Origin: an uncultured Syntrophales bacterium
GTDB taxonomy: Bacteria > Desulfobacterota > Syntrophia > Syntrophales > JADFWA01
Length of the DNA stretch: 64,000 nucleotides
NCBI GenBank assembly: GCA_964454305.1
Contig: CAYVXX010000002.1
Coordinates: forward strand, 11,719 to 75,718
Direction: 5' to 3'
Positions 1-9,414 of this stretch are shown piece by piece; the stretch's first letter is position 1, and every line of letters begins with the position of its first letter. The notes under the pieces are model-generated. The model saw only the letters and a list, made by a program, of their open reading frames with translations. It was not told where the DNA came from and did no database searches. A program made the position numbers and the translations under genes.

Positions 1-803
1 TTTCTGGCCGATATTCGAAGAGCCCGGGTAGCCCCCATCAGCGGGCTAATATGAGGGACAACCCCGTTTTTTACCACAGATCCCAACACGAGCCCGGTCT
101 GGGTCTGGATGACTCTGACCTGCAGGCTGGCCTGAAGAGATTTCATGCCGGAACCAGGATAAGCCTCGCCGATATCCTGAACTACGGCTTTACCCAATAT
201 CAAATACTGGACCCCCGAGTGCAGTCCCAGACTCTTGGCTGCTTCTATGTTCCCGGCCAAAGCCTGTCTTGTCTGGGCGAGAACCCTGATCTTTTCCAGT
301 TGGGCCTTGTCCACAAGATCAAATCCCTTGGCCGCAAGGAGGGAATAAATCTCCGTTTCGGCAAAACGGGCACCCATATTGTCCATACCGATATATTCTT
401 CTTCGATCAGGATCATGACATTTGGCCGCTCCATGCTGTCCAGGAGAATCTTCATGGCGAAAAGATCGTTTTTGATCTTGTCCAGGGATACTACCGCTTT
501 GATCGTGACCATGTACAGGTCTCCTGTTTTCCTTTCTTTCAGAACATCAAGTCGTGTAATGTAGCCCTGTGTCCGGGCCATGATCTTATCTTTCTTGAGT
601 ACGAAGTTCTCGGTCTCGGTTTTGGAGTGAATCAATACGCCAACCGCCTGTTCCACCGCCGATCGCTGCGCCTGCCGTACAGCATCCTCCCTGGAGAAAA
701 CACTACTGCCCTCCACTTCCACAACCTTGTTCGCCGCAACTGCACCCGTGGCAAAGGCAAGGGATACTATCAACACTGCTATTAACAAAATGCGCTTATC
801 CAT
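1..803 (-). CDS. Secreted protein with LPP20/FlgT-N-like N-terminal region followed by a CsgG/FlgO-like alpha/beta region (partial; 3' end runs off the window)
   Basis: Not in the ORF track because there is no stop in the window. My translation of the minus strand from ATG 803-801 gives MDKRILLIAVLIVSLAFATGAVAANKVVEVEGSSVFSREDAVRQAQRSAVEQAVGVLIHSKTETENFVLKKDKIMARTQGYITRLDVLKE... It is open to position 1 and has a signal peptide. Its ATG overlaps the TGA of the upstream gene (TGATG). The track ORF 51..785(+) is its antisense shadow. Confidence 0.6.
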   Translation of the reverse strand, partial: MDKRILLIAVLIVSLAFATGAVAANKVVEVEGSSVFSREDAVRQAQRSAVEQAVGVLIHSKTETENFVLKKDKIMARTQGYITRLDVLKERKTGDLYMVTIKAVVSLDKIKNDLFAMKILLDSMERPNVMILIEEEYIGMDNMGARFAETEIYSLLAAKGFDLVDKAQLEKIRVLAQTRQALAGNIEAAKSLGLHSGVQYLILGKAVVQDIGEAYPGSGMKSLQASLQVRVIQTQTGLVLGSVVKNGVVPHISPLMGATRALRISAR

Positions 804-1516
804 CAATTTAGACCTCGCACATTATCGACCTGCTTCTTGTAGGCAGGATCAAGCTCTATGCTTTTCTTAAATAATCGTTTGGCCTCTTCCTTATCACCCC
901 GGTCCAGGGCATCCAGACCCCTGGAAAAATAGAGAGCCGCATTAATATCGCTTTCGGATGTGGCGGACTCCGGCTGAAAGACCACTTTCAGAGAATCGGC
1001 GATCTTTTTGGCCAGCTCACGCTCCAGATTCATAAAATCATCGCTATTACCTTCAATCGATTCGGCCATAATCAACTCGCTCGTCTCCACCCTTATGATA
1101 CGGGTATCAATACGCACCTTTTTACCCAACACGATGAATGAGCCGAATGCTATGGTCTGGGCACCGAGCATATTGCCAGCCCTGACAGCTGTAACCTCAT
1201 CCACGGTTCCGCTCTGGCCAAGGGCAATCTCTTTTAAAAGAGATTGTATCTTACCGCGCTCGACAAGCTTGAGCGTGGATCCACCTTTATCAAGATCCGT
1301 TATAAGCATAGCTGACAGTCCCTTGGTCAAGGGAGCATAGTGCTCCGGGTCGGTCACGGAATTATTTTCAAAGGGTAAAATGGCAAGAGTTTTCAGAACC
1401 TGATCCAGTGGAGCGGCCCTCGGTTTTACTTTAATTCTTTCGACCCCGGCACAACCTATAGTCAGCAAAAAACTTGTCAGCGCGAACCAAACAACAAAGA
1501 ATTTAAAACTTTTCAT
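803..1516 (-). CDS. Lipoprotein with CsgG-like (COG1462-type) domain and C-terminal TPR
   Basis: Lipobox LLTIGC. The motif LAILPFENNS...GLSAMLITDL...VERGKIQSLLKEIALGQSG...AGNMLGAQ is typical of CsgG/LpoB-like lipoproteins. A TPR-like tail is present (AALYFSRGLDALDRGDKEEAKRLFKKSIELDP). Confidence 0.6.
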   Translation of the reverse strand: MKSFKFFVVWFALTSFLLTIGCAGVERIKVKPRAAPLDQVLKTLAILPFENNSVTDPEHYAPLTKGLSAMLITDLDKGGSTLKLVERGKIQSLLKEIALGQSGTVDEVTAVRAGNMLGAQTIAFGSFIVLGKKVRIDTRIIRVETSELIMAESIEGNSDDFMNLERELAKKIADSLKVVFQPESATSESDINAALYFSRGLDALDRGDKEEAKRLFKKSIELDPAYKKQVDNVRGLN

Positions 1517-1587
1517 GATAATGACTTACCTATACGGAAACAACAAATGTTTTTTTATGGAGTCTACCTGACTCCCCTACTTCCCTA

Positions 1588-2811
1588 TCACCCGCCACCG
1601 CCGCCGGCTGCGGCAGCTGCGTCTTCATCGGCTGCATCCTGTGCTTCCTGGGCTGCGTTAACAGCAATTTCAGCCTGGTTGGAAATTTGAGATGTACTCA
1701 TGGCGCCAAGCTGGCCTATGCCGGGTGACGAGGCACCGGGACAAGAATCAGCACCCTCCCCGGCCAGGTCAAATTTGGGATCTATTTTCAAAGCTTTTGC
1801 AAACAGATCCTTGGCCTTCTGCCAGTGACCGGCATCCATGGCATCCAGGGCTTCACCGAAGTAAATGAAAGCCTCATAACTTTTTGTGTGCGGCACACCG
1901 CAGACGGCTTTCATTTCTTCAGGGGTCAGTTTAATACCCAGGATCTTCGTCATATTATTTATTATACAACAAGGTAATTCAAAGAATTTATCTTTTTTCG
2001 CAACACATATGGCCGTCCCCTTTACTCTTTCCCGGCTTGTGGACGTAAGAGAAGTGGTTGCTTGAATGCCCAGTGTCAGGTTCCCGACAGTGAGATTCTC
2101 GGTTCCCAGTAATCTTCCCACCCTGGGTGCGGTCCGCTCGTCCACGATGCCGGTCTGGCCGAGCTTCATTTCTTCCAAAAGGGCCTGCAGGCGTAAACGT
2201 TCAACGACTTTAAAAGACTTAATCTTTGACAAATCCGTAATTACCATAGCTGCCAGACCTTTCTGAAAGGCACGCAGACTTTTATCCGGCGATAAGTCCT
2301 TGTAATAACAGACCGCGATTGTATTTGTGTCCGGTTTAACGGTCCCAAGTTTCTTTTCTTCCATCAAGACATTCTTGACAGCACGCTGGTTCTCGGCAAT
2401 TTGCAGTAAGGTCAGCTGACGTTTGATTTCATTTTCAACCAGCGGCCGTTCACTGTTTCTGTATCCCTGCCAGACTTTTATGGCCTTGCCGAATTCTTCC
2501 TTATTCCAATAGGCCAGTCCCAAATACAGGACGGAATACGGATCACCAGGTGCCATTTTAAGCGCCGTTTCAAGTTCGGTGATGGCTTCATCCAGTCGGC
2601 CGGTCTTTAAGTAGGCGAATCCCAGCCTGCTCCTTGCATCGACGAAGTCGGGATTTTTGGTGATAAAATCTTTATAAATCGGTATGGCCTCTTCGTATTT
2701 CTCCTGAGTCAGCATAACACCGGCTTTGTTAAATTCTATAAAACTACAGCCAAATAAAAACATCATTCCTAAAGATAAGATTACTAAAAAAACTTGTTTT
2801 CTTTTTGACAT
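1588..2811 (-). CDS. TPR - CsgG-like - TPR lipoprotein with Ala/Gly-rich low-complexity C-terminus
   Basis: Lipobox LFGC and N-terminal TPRs. The central motif IAVCYYKDLS...GLAAMVITDL...VERLRLQALLEEMKLGQTG...GRLLG matches the CsgG-like pattern. The C-terminal tail is ...DAADEDAAAAAGGGGG. Confidence 0.55.
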   Translation of the reverse strand: MSKRKQVFLVILSLGMMFLFGCSFIEFNKAGVMLTQEKYEEAIPIYKDFITKNPDFVDARSRLGFAYLKTGRLDEAITELETALKMAPGDPYSVLYLGLAYWNKEEFGKAIKVWQGYRNSERPLVENEIKRQLTLLQIAENQRAVKNVLMEEKKLGTVKPDTNTIAVCYYKDLSPDKSLRAFQKGLAAMVITDLSKIKSFKVVERLRLQALLEEMKLGQTGIVDERTAPRVGRLLGTENLTVGNLTLGIQATTSLTSTSRERVKGTAICVAKKDKFFELPCCIINNMTKILGIKLTPEEMKAVCGVPHTKSYEAFIYFGEALDAMDAGHWQKAKDLFAKALKIDPKFDLAGEGADSCPGASSPGIGQLGAMSTSQISNQAEIAVNAAQEAQDAADEDAAAAAGGGGG

Positions 2812-3016
2812 AGCACACCCCCTTTTTACCGATAAATATTTGAATGATAAAACTAAAAGTGACGAAACGATTTATATCTAAAATACAATTTATGCCTCGC
2901 GCTTAACGTTTATAGAAGTTTGTCCGCACATGCGAACTTAGCTCCACCACGCATATTTTGTATCTTAGTTCTCAAGGATTTAATCCTTATCAAGAGAATT
3001 TGATGCATCCTGTTCC

Positions 3017-3844
3017 TTATAAATCGCTCCCCCTGATAAAGTCTATCGCATTTTTGAAGATCAAAAGCCCCCTACCTTCTTCGGGAAGTTTCTCTCTGGT
3101 CCAGCGGGGATGATTGGTGTAGTGAAGATAGGCCTCCGGGTGGGGCATAAGACCGAAAAGCCTCCCCGTCTCATTGCATATGCCGGCGATACCGTCAACT
3201 GAGCCATTGGGATTCCATGGATAATTTATCGCCACATCCTTATACTCTTCATTGCTGTACTGTGCAACAATGAGATCGTTCTTATGCAATCTGTCGAGTA
3301 TGTCGTCGTTTTTCGTCACGAATTTTCCTTCACCATGTCTCACCGGAAGGTATATCCAGTCAATTCCTTCTGTGAACACGCAAGGAGACTTTTCGTTAAT
3401 CTTAAGGTACACCCACCTGTCTTCGAATCGTCCTGAATCGTTAAATGTAAGGGTGGTCGTCTGATGCAGATAGTCTCCCTTAAAACCGGGGAGTAAACCC
3501 AATTTTACCATGAGCTGGAACCCGTTGCAGACACCCAGGATCAGCTTTCCGTCATTGATAAACTTGACGAACTGGTCATAAAGCTTTTCGCTTCCGTCCT
3601 CTATTTTGGCGTTCAAAATCCGGTTTGCCCCCGCTTTTGCCGATCCCAGATCATCTCCATCAAGGAACCCCCCGGCGAGATTAAGGAAATGATAATCATC
3701 GAGCCTCTTCTCACCATGGAGCAGTTCGCTGATATGGACGACATCTACTTCATCGGAACCGGCGAGCCTGCAGGCATGTGCCGTCTCCATTTCACAGTTC
3801 GTACCGTTACCGGTAATAACAATTGATTTTACGTTTTGGGTCAT
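3017..3844 (-). CDS. purQ: Phosphoribosylformylglycinamidine synthase, glutamine amidotransferase subunit (long PurQ type)
   Basis: GATase-1 nucleophile motif GVCNGFQ and C-terminal MPHPE. It lies directly downstream of purL. Confidence 0.85.
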   Translation of the reverse strand: MTQNVKSIVITGNGTNCEMETAHACRLAGSDEVDVVHISELLHGEKRLDDYHFLNLAGGFLDGDDLGSAKAGANRILNAKIEDGSEKLYDQFVKFINDGKLILGVCNGFQLMVKLGLLPGFKGDYLHQTTTLTFNDSGRFEDRWVYLKINEKSPCVFTEGIDWIYLPVRHGEGKFVTKNDDILDRLHKNDLIVAQYSNEEYKDVAINYPWNPNGSVDGIAGICNETGRLFGLMPHPEAYLHYTNHPRWTREKLPEEGRGLLIFKNAIDFIRGSDL

Positions 3845-3914
3845 CCTAAAGTTCCCCTCCCCCCAACCCCTCCCACGAGGGGAGGGGAGCTGTAGGTAAG
3901 GAATATTTATTTCC

Positions 3915-6884
3915 TTAGAAGTTAAGCGGCTTTTGCCATTCTTCTTTCAACTCACTGATGTCTTCTTCTATTATTATGTTTCCCTCGATTCCGCCTACCT
4001 TAAATATTCCATCGGAAAGTACCTCCCCGACATTGCTTACGGTGCTGCCCATCATAAGCTTTTCAAATTCATTTTTTGCTGAAGGGGAAATTGTTACCAC
4101 AAATCTGCTTTGGGATTCGGAAAAGAGTATATAGTCATTCCTGTCAATTCCATCAGACGGAACAAGGTCAAGTTTTACAAACATACCCAGACCGCCTGCG
4201 AAGGCGGTTTCCGCAAGGGCAACACCCAGTCCTCCGTCGGAACAATCATGACAGGAGGCTACAAGCCCTTTCTTGATTGCCATGCTCAGTGCTTTATACA
4301 ATCTCTTTGCCTTGTGTGTGTTTACTTTAGGGACATTGTTTCCCGTGTATCCATGCATGGCAAACCATTCAGAACCGCCAAGTTCATTATATGTTTCGCC
4401 CAGGACATAGACCAGATGCCCCGGCTGTTTTACATCCATGGTGACGGCCGTTCTCACATCTTCTATTTTCCCAATGGTGGAAAACAGAAGGGTCGGTGGA
4501 ATGGATATTTTGGTGTTCCCTATCTGATAGTCGTTCTTCATGCTGTCTTTGCCGGATATGCATGGAACCCCATAGGCCCTTGTGTAGTCGTAAAGAGCCC
4601 TGTTTGCACGGACCAGCTGTGCCAGCTTGTACTCACCATCCGGTGTCTTTTCAGACTGCACCGGATCACACCAGCAGAAATTATCCAGTCCGGCGATGCT
4701 GCCGAGTGCTCCGCCCACGGCTATAGTGTTTCTGATTGCTTCGTCTATGGCACATGCGGCCATGTGGTAGGTATCGATATCACTATAACGGGGGCATATA
4801 CCGCTGGCCACGACAACACCTTCAAATGAATCGAGTATCGGTCTGATTATCGCAGCATCACTTGGACCATCATTAGCTACACCCACCAGCGGCTTGACGA
4901 CGCTTCCCCCCTGTACCTCATGATCATACTGCCTGATGACAGATTCCTTGCTGCATATATTTAATCTCGAAAGCATCTCTTTAAGGAGACGGCCCATATC
5001 TTCCGGTTCCGGAAAATCAGGCTCTTCATGTTGTGGCAGTGTCCATTTCGCGTTCAACCGCATCTGGGGAAGTCCTTCATGGAGGAAGTCCATATCCAGA
5101 TAGGCAACGGTGTCATCTCCATAGAGAACATGGAACTTTCCGGAATTTGTATAGGTACCGACGACGGTTGCCTCCACATCCATCTTCCCTGCAAGTTTCA
5201 AAAATTCATCAATCTTTTCCGGGTCTACGGCCAGTGTCATCCTTTCCTGGGATTCCGAGATAAGAATTTCCCAGGGCTGAAGTCCTGCATATTTTAAAGG
5301 CGCCTTCTTGAGATTGATTTCACAGCCGCCGGAAAGAGCGGCAGTTTCTCCCACCGAGGAGGAAAGACCACCGGCGCCGTTGTCTGTTATGCATCTGTAC
5401 AGGTTTTTGTCCCTTGCAATCAAGAGAAAATCGGTCATTTTCTTCTGGGTTATGGGATCACCGATCTGAACCGCCGTAACAGGAGACCCTTCATGCAGTT
5501 CTTCTGATGAAAATGTGGCTCCATGTATTCCGTCTTTCCCTATTCTTCCACCTGTCATGACAACGAGATCACCGGGCAAAATCTCCTTCGCATGGGTTGG
5601 ATTTCCCTCAATTTTAGAAGGCATAATCCCGCCCGTCCCACAGTAAACCAGAGGTTTCCCCAGGTATCTGTCGTCAAAGACGATGCATCCGTTTACAGTC
5701 GGTATCCCGCTTTTGTTTCCACCATGCTCAACTCCTTCTCTTACACCTTCGTAAATGCGTCTCGGATGGAGGATTCTCTTCGGGAGCGACCCTGGATAAA
5801 ATGGTGAGGCGAAACAGAAAACATCGGTATTGAAAATGAGTTTTGACCCCTTCCCGGTTCCGAAAGGATCCCTGTTCACCCCGACAATTCCTGTGAGTGC
5901 GCCGCCGTAGGGATCGAGGGCTGACGGGGAATTGTGTGTTTCAACCTTGAAGACAAGGTTGTATTCATCATTGAATTTTATAATACCGGCATTATCAACG
6001 AAGACGGAAAGACAAAAGTCGTCTTCTCCCCTTTCATCCCTGATTTCCCTTGTAGAGGCCTTGATGTAACTGTTGAAGAGGGAATCGATAACTGTGATTG
6101 TGCCATGTTCATCTTCATAATTTATAAGGCTGTTGAATATCTTGTGTTTACAGTGTTCAGACCAGGTCTGGGCGAGGCACTCAATCTCGGCATCTGTGAT
6201 CCTTTTACCGAGACCTGTTTTTTCTCTTTCTTTCAATACACGCTCATCGGCCAGATAATCCTGTATTATCTTCATCTCACTGAGATTCAAGGCAAGAATC
6301 ATCTTGCTGCTTATCTCTAACAGTTTCCGGTCGCTGACATTCAGGTCGATCTCTTCCGTCCTCAGACTCTCCTCCCCAACTACCTTCGGGACATAGGGAG
6401 CCATTCCTTTTTCCTGGTTCCACTCATTGCCGTCTACTATTTCAAATCTCTCGATAAGCTCATTGGCAAGGAGATCCGACGCTATTCTTTCCGTGTTACG
6501 CCTGCTAATATTACCATTAATTATGTACTGCCTTGAGGTATAAACCCCGTTTACCTTTTCTCCGAGCAAAAGTTCGACGGACTCCCTGGCAGTCTTCCCC
6601 ACATTGTCGGTGACACCCGGTCTGAATCCTACCTCTATCATCCAGTCAAAGCCGTCGGCCAGTCCCCTGTTAATAGTGTAGTCCTGAATCACCGGATCAG
6701 AAAGAGGGCCTCTTGCAATCTGTTGAAGTTTGCCCTTACCGAGATCACCATCTATGGTGTAAACCTCAACAGTCTTAACCTCATCAACAGTAAGGTGAAG
6801 ATGCTCGATGATTCTTTTTTTAATCTTTTCGCCGAGGGCATCCCTTATTCCTTTTTTAAATCCGATCTCTATCCTGCTTGCCAT
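3915..6884 (-). CDS. purL: Phosphoribosylformylglycinamidine synthase, synthetase subunit with N-terminal PurS-like extension
   Basis: 989 aa. It carries the FGAM synthase motifs ETHNSPSALDPYGGALTG and duplicated AIR-synthase-like domains. The N-terminal ~230 aa resemble the PurS/N-domain of large-type PurL. Confidence 0.9.
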   Translation of the reverse strand: MASRIEIGFKKGIRDALGEKIKKRIIEHLHLTVDEVKTVEVYTIDGDLGKGKLQQIARGPLSDPVIQDYTINRGLADGFDWMIEVGFRPGVTDNVGKTARESVELLLGEKVNGVYTSRQYIINGNISRRNTERIASDLLANELIERFEIVDGNEWNQEKGMAPYVPKVVGEESLRTEEIDLNVSDRKLLEISSKMILALNLSEMKIIQDYLADERVLKEREKTGLGKRITDAEIECLAQTWSEHCKHKIFNSLINYEDEHGTITVIDSLFNSYIKASTREIRDERGEDDFCLSVFVDNAGIIKFNDEYNLVFKVETHNSPSALDPYGGALTGIVGVNRDPFGTGKGSKLIFNTDVFCFASPFYPGSLPKRILHPRRIYEGVREGVEHGGNKSGIPTVNGCIVFDDRYLGKPLVYCGTGGIMPSKIEGNPTHAKEILPGDLVVMTGGRIGKDGIHGATFSSEELHEGSPVTAVQIGDPITQKKMTDFLLIARDKNLYRCITDNGAGGLSSSVGETAALSGGCEINLKKAPLKYAGLQPWEILISESQERMTLAVDPEKIDEFLKLAGKMDVEATVVGTYTNSGKFHVLYGDDTVAYLDMDFLHEGLPQMRLNAKWTLPQHEEPDFPEPEDMGRLLKEMLSRLNICSKESVIRQYDHEVQGGSVVKPLVGVANDGPSDAAIIRPILDSFEGVVVASGICPRYSDIDTYHMAACAIDEAIRNTIAVGGALGSIAGLDNFCWCDPVQSEKTPDGEYKLAQLVRANRALYDYTRAYGVPCISGKDSMKNDYQIGNTKISIPPTLLFSTIGKIEDVRTAVTMDVKQPGHLVYVLGETYNELGGSEWFAMHGYTGNNVPKVNTHKAKRLYKALSMAIKKGLVASCHDCSDGGLGVALAETAFAGGLGMFVKLDLVPSDGIDRNDYILFSESQSRFVVTISPSAKNEFEKLMMGSTVSNVGEVLSDGIFKVGGIEGNIIIEEDISELKEEWQKPLNF

Positions 6885-6895
6885 CTCTTTTTCCT

Positions 6896-7540
6896 TTATT
6901 CAAGATCAATATCTTCGCCAGCGATATCACCGATTATCTTTTTTACCTCACCCCAGTTTTTTTCTCTGATATATTGAATGATCTTTGAGTTTAGCAAAGC
7001 TTCAAACAATCTCTTGTTCTCTTCATAGGGGTGCCCTCTAATGACGACCTTCTCTCTCACTTGACCCATTATATCGAGGAGGATTCGATACTCGGAGCCA
7101 TAACTTCCCTGCATCTCCTTTCTCAATTTCTTTGCAAGGGCCGGGCTCTTTCCGCCGGTTGATATAGCTATCTGGAGATCACCCTGCTGAACGATAGAAG
7201 GAAGGGTAAAATCACATCGATCAGGACTGTCAACAATATTTACTATTATTCCCTTTTTCTTCGCGTCTAAATATATTCTTTCGTTAACATCATCCCTGTC
7301 CGTTGCTCCTATCACTAAAAAAGCTTCATTGATAAAGTCTTCCCGATAATCGGCGGCAACATGTCTTATTTTTCCTTCACTCTTCATCGTCTCCAGCTCT
7401 TGTGTAAGAATCTTTCCCACTACTTCGACATCGGCACCGGCTTCAAGGAGCCTCGTCACCTTTCTTTCAGCAACATCCCCACCGCCAACAACGACACATT
7501 TTTTTTTAAAAATATTAAGACATATCGGATAGTATTTCAT
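6896..7540 (-). CDS. sirC: Precorrin-2 dehydrogenase / sirohydrochlorin ferrochelatase (CysG N-terminal / SirC-Met8 type)
   Basis: Rossmann motif CVVVGGGDVAERKVTRLLEAGADVEVV. The start is placed at the second Met (MKYYPICLN...); the track ORF extends to 7576. Confidence 0.75.
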   Translation of the reverse strand: MKYYPICLNIFKKKCVVVGGGDVAERKVTRLLEAGADVEVVGKILTQELETMKSEGKIRHVAADYREDFINEAFLVIGATDRDDVNERIYLDAKKKGIIVNIVDSPDRCDFTLPSIVQQGDLQIAISTGGKSPALAKKLRKEMQGSYGSEYRILLDIMGQVREKVVIRGHPYEENKRLFEALLNSKIIQYIREKNWGEVKKIIGDIAGEDIDLE

Positions 7541-7697
7541 GCAATGTGTGTTATCATGAAGACTATCAAAATTCAAGCAAGACTCTAACTTGAAATATAA
7601 TAAAAAAGATTATATATTCCTTGTGCCGAAGTTTATTGGCAATCATCCTGAAATAAAACTTTTCTCTTTTTTGACTACATCATTAGAGGAGATAAAA

Positions 7698-8642
7698 ATG
7701 CCGGGAAAAAGTAAAAAAGATGAGTGGATAAAAATTACATTATCCGCACCGCCTGAGCTGGTTGACCCTCTATCAAATTTTTTAACAGAAATAGGCACCC
7801 AGGGAGTCTTTCAAGAGGAGTCGGAACCGGACATTCTTAACGATTTTGCCAAATCAACTGAACGGGAAGAATTGATGGCATATTTCCCCTCCGATACCTC
7901 AGCGAAAAAGAGACTCGCCTCCCTGAAAGTTTACATAGACAGCCTTTCTGAAATATTTCCTGAATTAGACAAACCTGACCTTTCAATTGAAACGATTACC
8001 AACCCGAACTGGGAAGAACAGTGGAAGAAGTATTTCAAACCGCTTCGAATCAGCAAAAATATCGTAGTCAAACCGACATGGGAAAGATATACACCAACCG
8101 GGCGCGATATCATCATTGAAATAGATCCGGGGATGGCATTCGGGACGGGCCAACATCCTTCCACAAGGATGTGCGTGCAAGCAATCGAAGATATCCTCCT
8201 GAAGGATAGGTCTTTTGAAAAATGGCGGGTGCTTGATGTCGGCACCGGCACCGGCATACTCGGTATATCCTGCGCAAAGTTAGGGGCACAAAAGGTTGTC
8301 TGTCTGGATATTGATCCAAAAGCTGTCGAAATTGCATATAAAAACATTGCCATAAACGGAGTGGAGGACAGGATAAACATATTCAACGACGATGTCTTGA
8401 TGTATAATGATATTTTTAATTTGATTGTGGCAAACCTTACGGCAAAAACGCTGATAAAGCTCCGAGACCACCTCATATCTATGACTGAAACCGGCGGATA
8501 TCTTGTCCTTTCAGGAATAATTGACCAGGACAGAAAAGTTGTAGAGGAATTCTTTTTAACCGACGATGTTTCCCTGCACAGTATCATCACGGAAAAAGAA
8601 TGGGTTTGCTACCTCCTTAAAAAGGAGGGGAAAGGGAATTGA
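7698..8642 (+). CDS. prmA: Ribosomal protein L11 methyltransferase
   Basis: SAM motif VLDVGTGTGILGI and the conserved FGTGQHPSTR. The start is ATG 7698, preceded by GAGGAG; the track ORF begins at 7590. Confidence 0.85.
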   Translation: MPGKSKKDEWIKITLSAPPELVDPLSNFLTEIGTQGVFQEESEPDILNDFAKSTEREELMAYFPSDTSAKKRLASLKVYIDSLSEIFPELDKPDLSIETITNPNWEEQWKKYFKPLRISKNIVVKPTWERYTPTGRDIIIEIDPGMAFGTGQHPSTRMCVQAIEDILLKDRSFEKWRVLDVGTGTGILGISCAKLGAQKVVCLDIDPKAVEIAYKNIAINGVEDRINIFNDDVLMYNDIFNLIVANLTAKTLIKLRDHLISMTETGGYLVLSGIIDQDRKVVEEFFLTDDVSLHSIITEKEWVCYLLKKEGKGN

Positions 8643-9409
8643 CTATACCAAGAATTTATCTTCCTCAAAAAATGGAGGAGGGAAGTACGGTAGAATTAAG
8701 GTATGAAAATCTACATTATATAAAGAATGTCCTTCGTCTAAAAAGGGAAAACCCTTTGATCCTCTTTGATGGAATGGGTTTTGAGTATGAATCTACGATA
8801 AGAAATATTACCGTCAAAAGCGCAACGGTAGAAATCATCAGAAAAAACCCGTTTCAGGTTGACAACTCAACAAAAATCACTCTGGCTCAGGCACTCCCGA
8901 AAGGGAATAAAATGGACTTTATCATCCAGAAGGCTTCCGAGCTCGGGGTTACCAGGATAATCCCTTTTAAATCCTCAAGATCGATACCGAAATTAGCCGG
9001 AAATAAAATACATCTCAAGATACCCAGATGGCAGAAGATAGCCGTCGAGGCATCCAGAAAGTGCGGCAGGGAAAATATCCCGGAGATTACAGATATAATT
9101 ACCTATGAAAAGGCTTTGCAATGGCCAAAAGAGGACATTCTGAAAATAATCTTCTGGGAAGGGGAAACCAACACGGGAATAAAAGAGATCCTGCAAAGTA
9201 AAAAATACGAAGGTGTAACCGATTTCTTCATTGTAGTCGGACCTGAGGGAGGATTTTCAAATGAGGAAATCGAAATGGCCTCCAGGGTTGGTTTTCTACC
9301 GGCAAGCCTGGGCAGATTGGTCTTGAAGGTCGAAACAGCCGCCCTTGTTATTCTTTCCATCCTTCAATATGAAAAGGGCCTCTTCGGAATCACCTATAAA
9401 AAGGAATAA
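8639..9409 (+). CDS. rsmE: 16S rRNA (uracil1498-N3)-methyltransferase
   Basis: N-terminus ...IPRIYLP... and C-terminal VVGPEGGFSNEEI. The TTG start overlaps the prmA stop (TTGA). Confidence 0.8.
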   Translation: MTIPRIYLPQKMEEGSTVELRYENLHYIKNVLRLKRENPLILFDGMGFEYESTIRNITVKSATVEIIRKNPFQVDNSTKITLAQALPKGNKMDFIIQKASELGVTRIIPFKSSRSIPKLAGNKIHLKIPRWQKIAVEASRKCGRENIPEITDIITYEKALQWPKEDILKIIFWEGETNTGIKEILQSKKYEGVTDFFIVVGPEGGFSNEEIEMASRVGFLPASLGRLVLKVETAALVILSILQYEKGLFGITYKKE

Positions 9410-9414
9410 CCCGT

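Noticed and set aside
51-785. A 244-aa + strand ORF at the start of the window.
   Set aside because: It is antisense to a much more protein-like minus-strand frame, which has a signal peptide and an LPP20/CsgG-like sequence and is coupled to the upstream gene by TGATG. Its own sequence has no recognisable motif and an odd composition.
4110-4829. A 239-aa + strand ORF, plus several shorter ones, inside purL.
   Set aside because: These are shadow ORFs on the opposite strand of a confidently identified purL. They are Cys/Arg/Phe-rich with no motifs.
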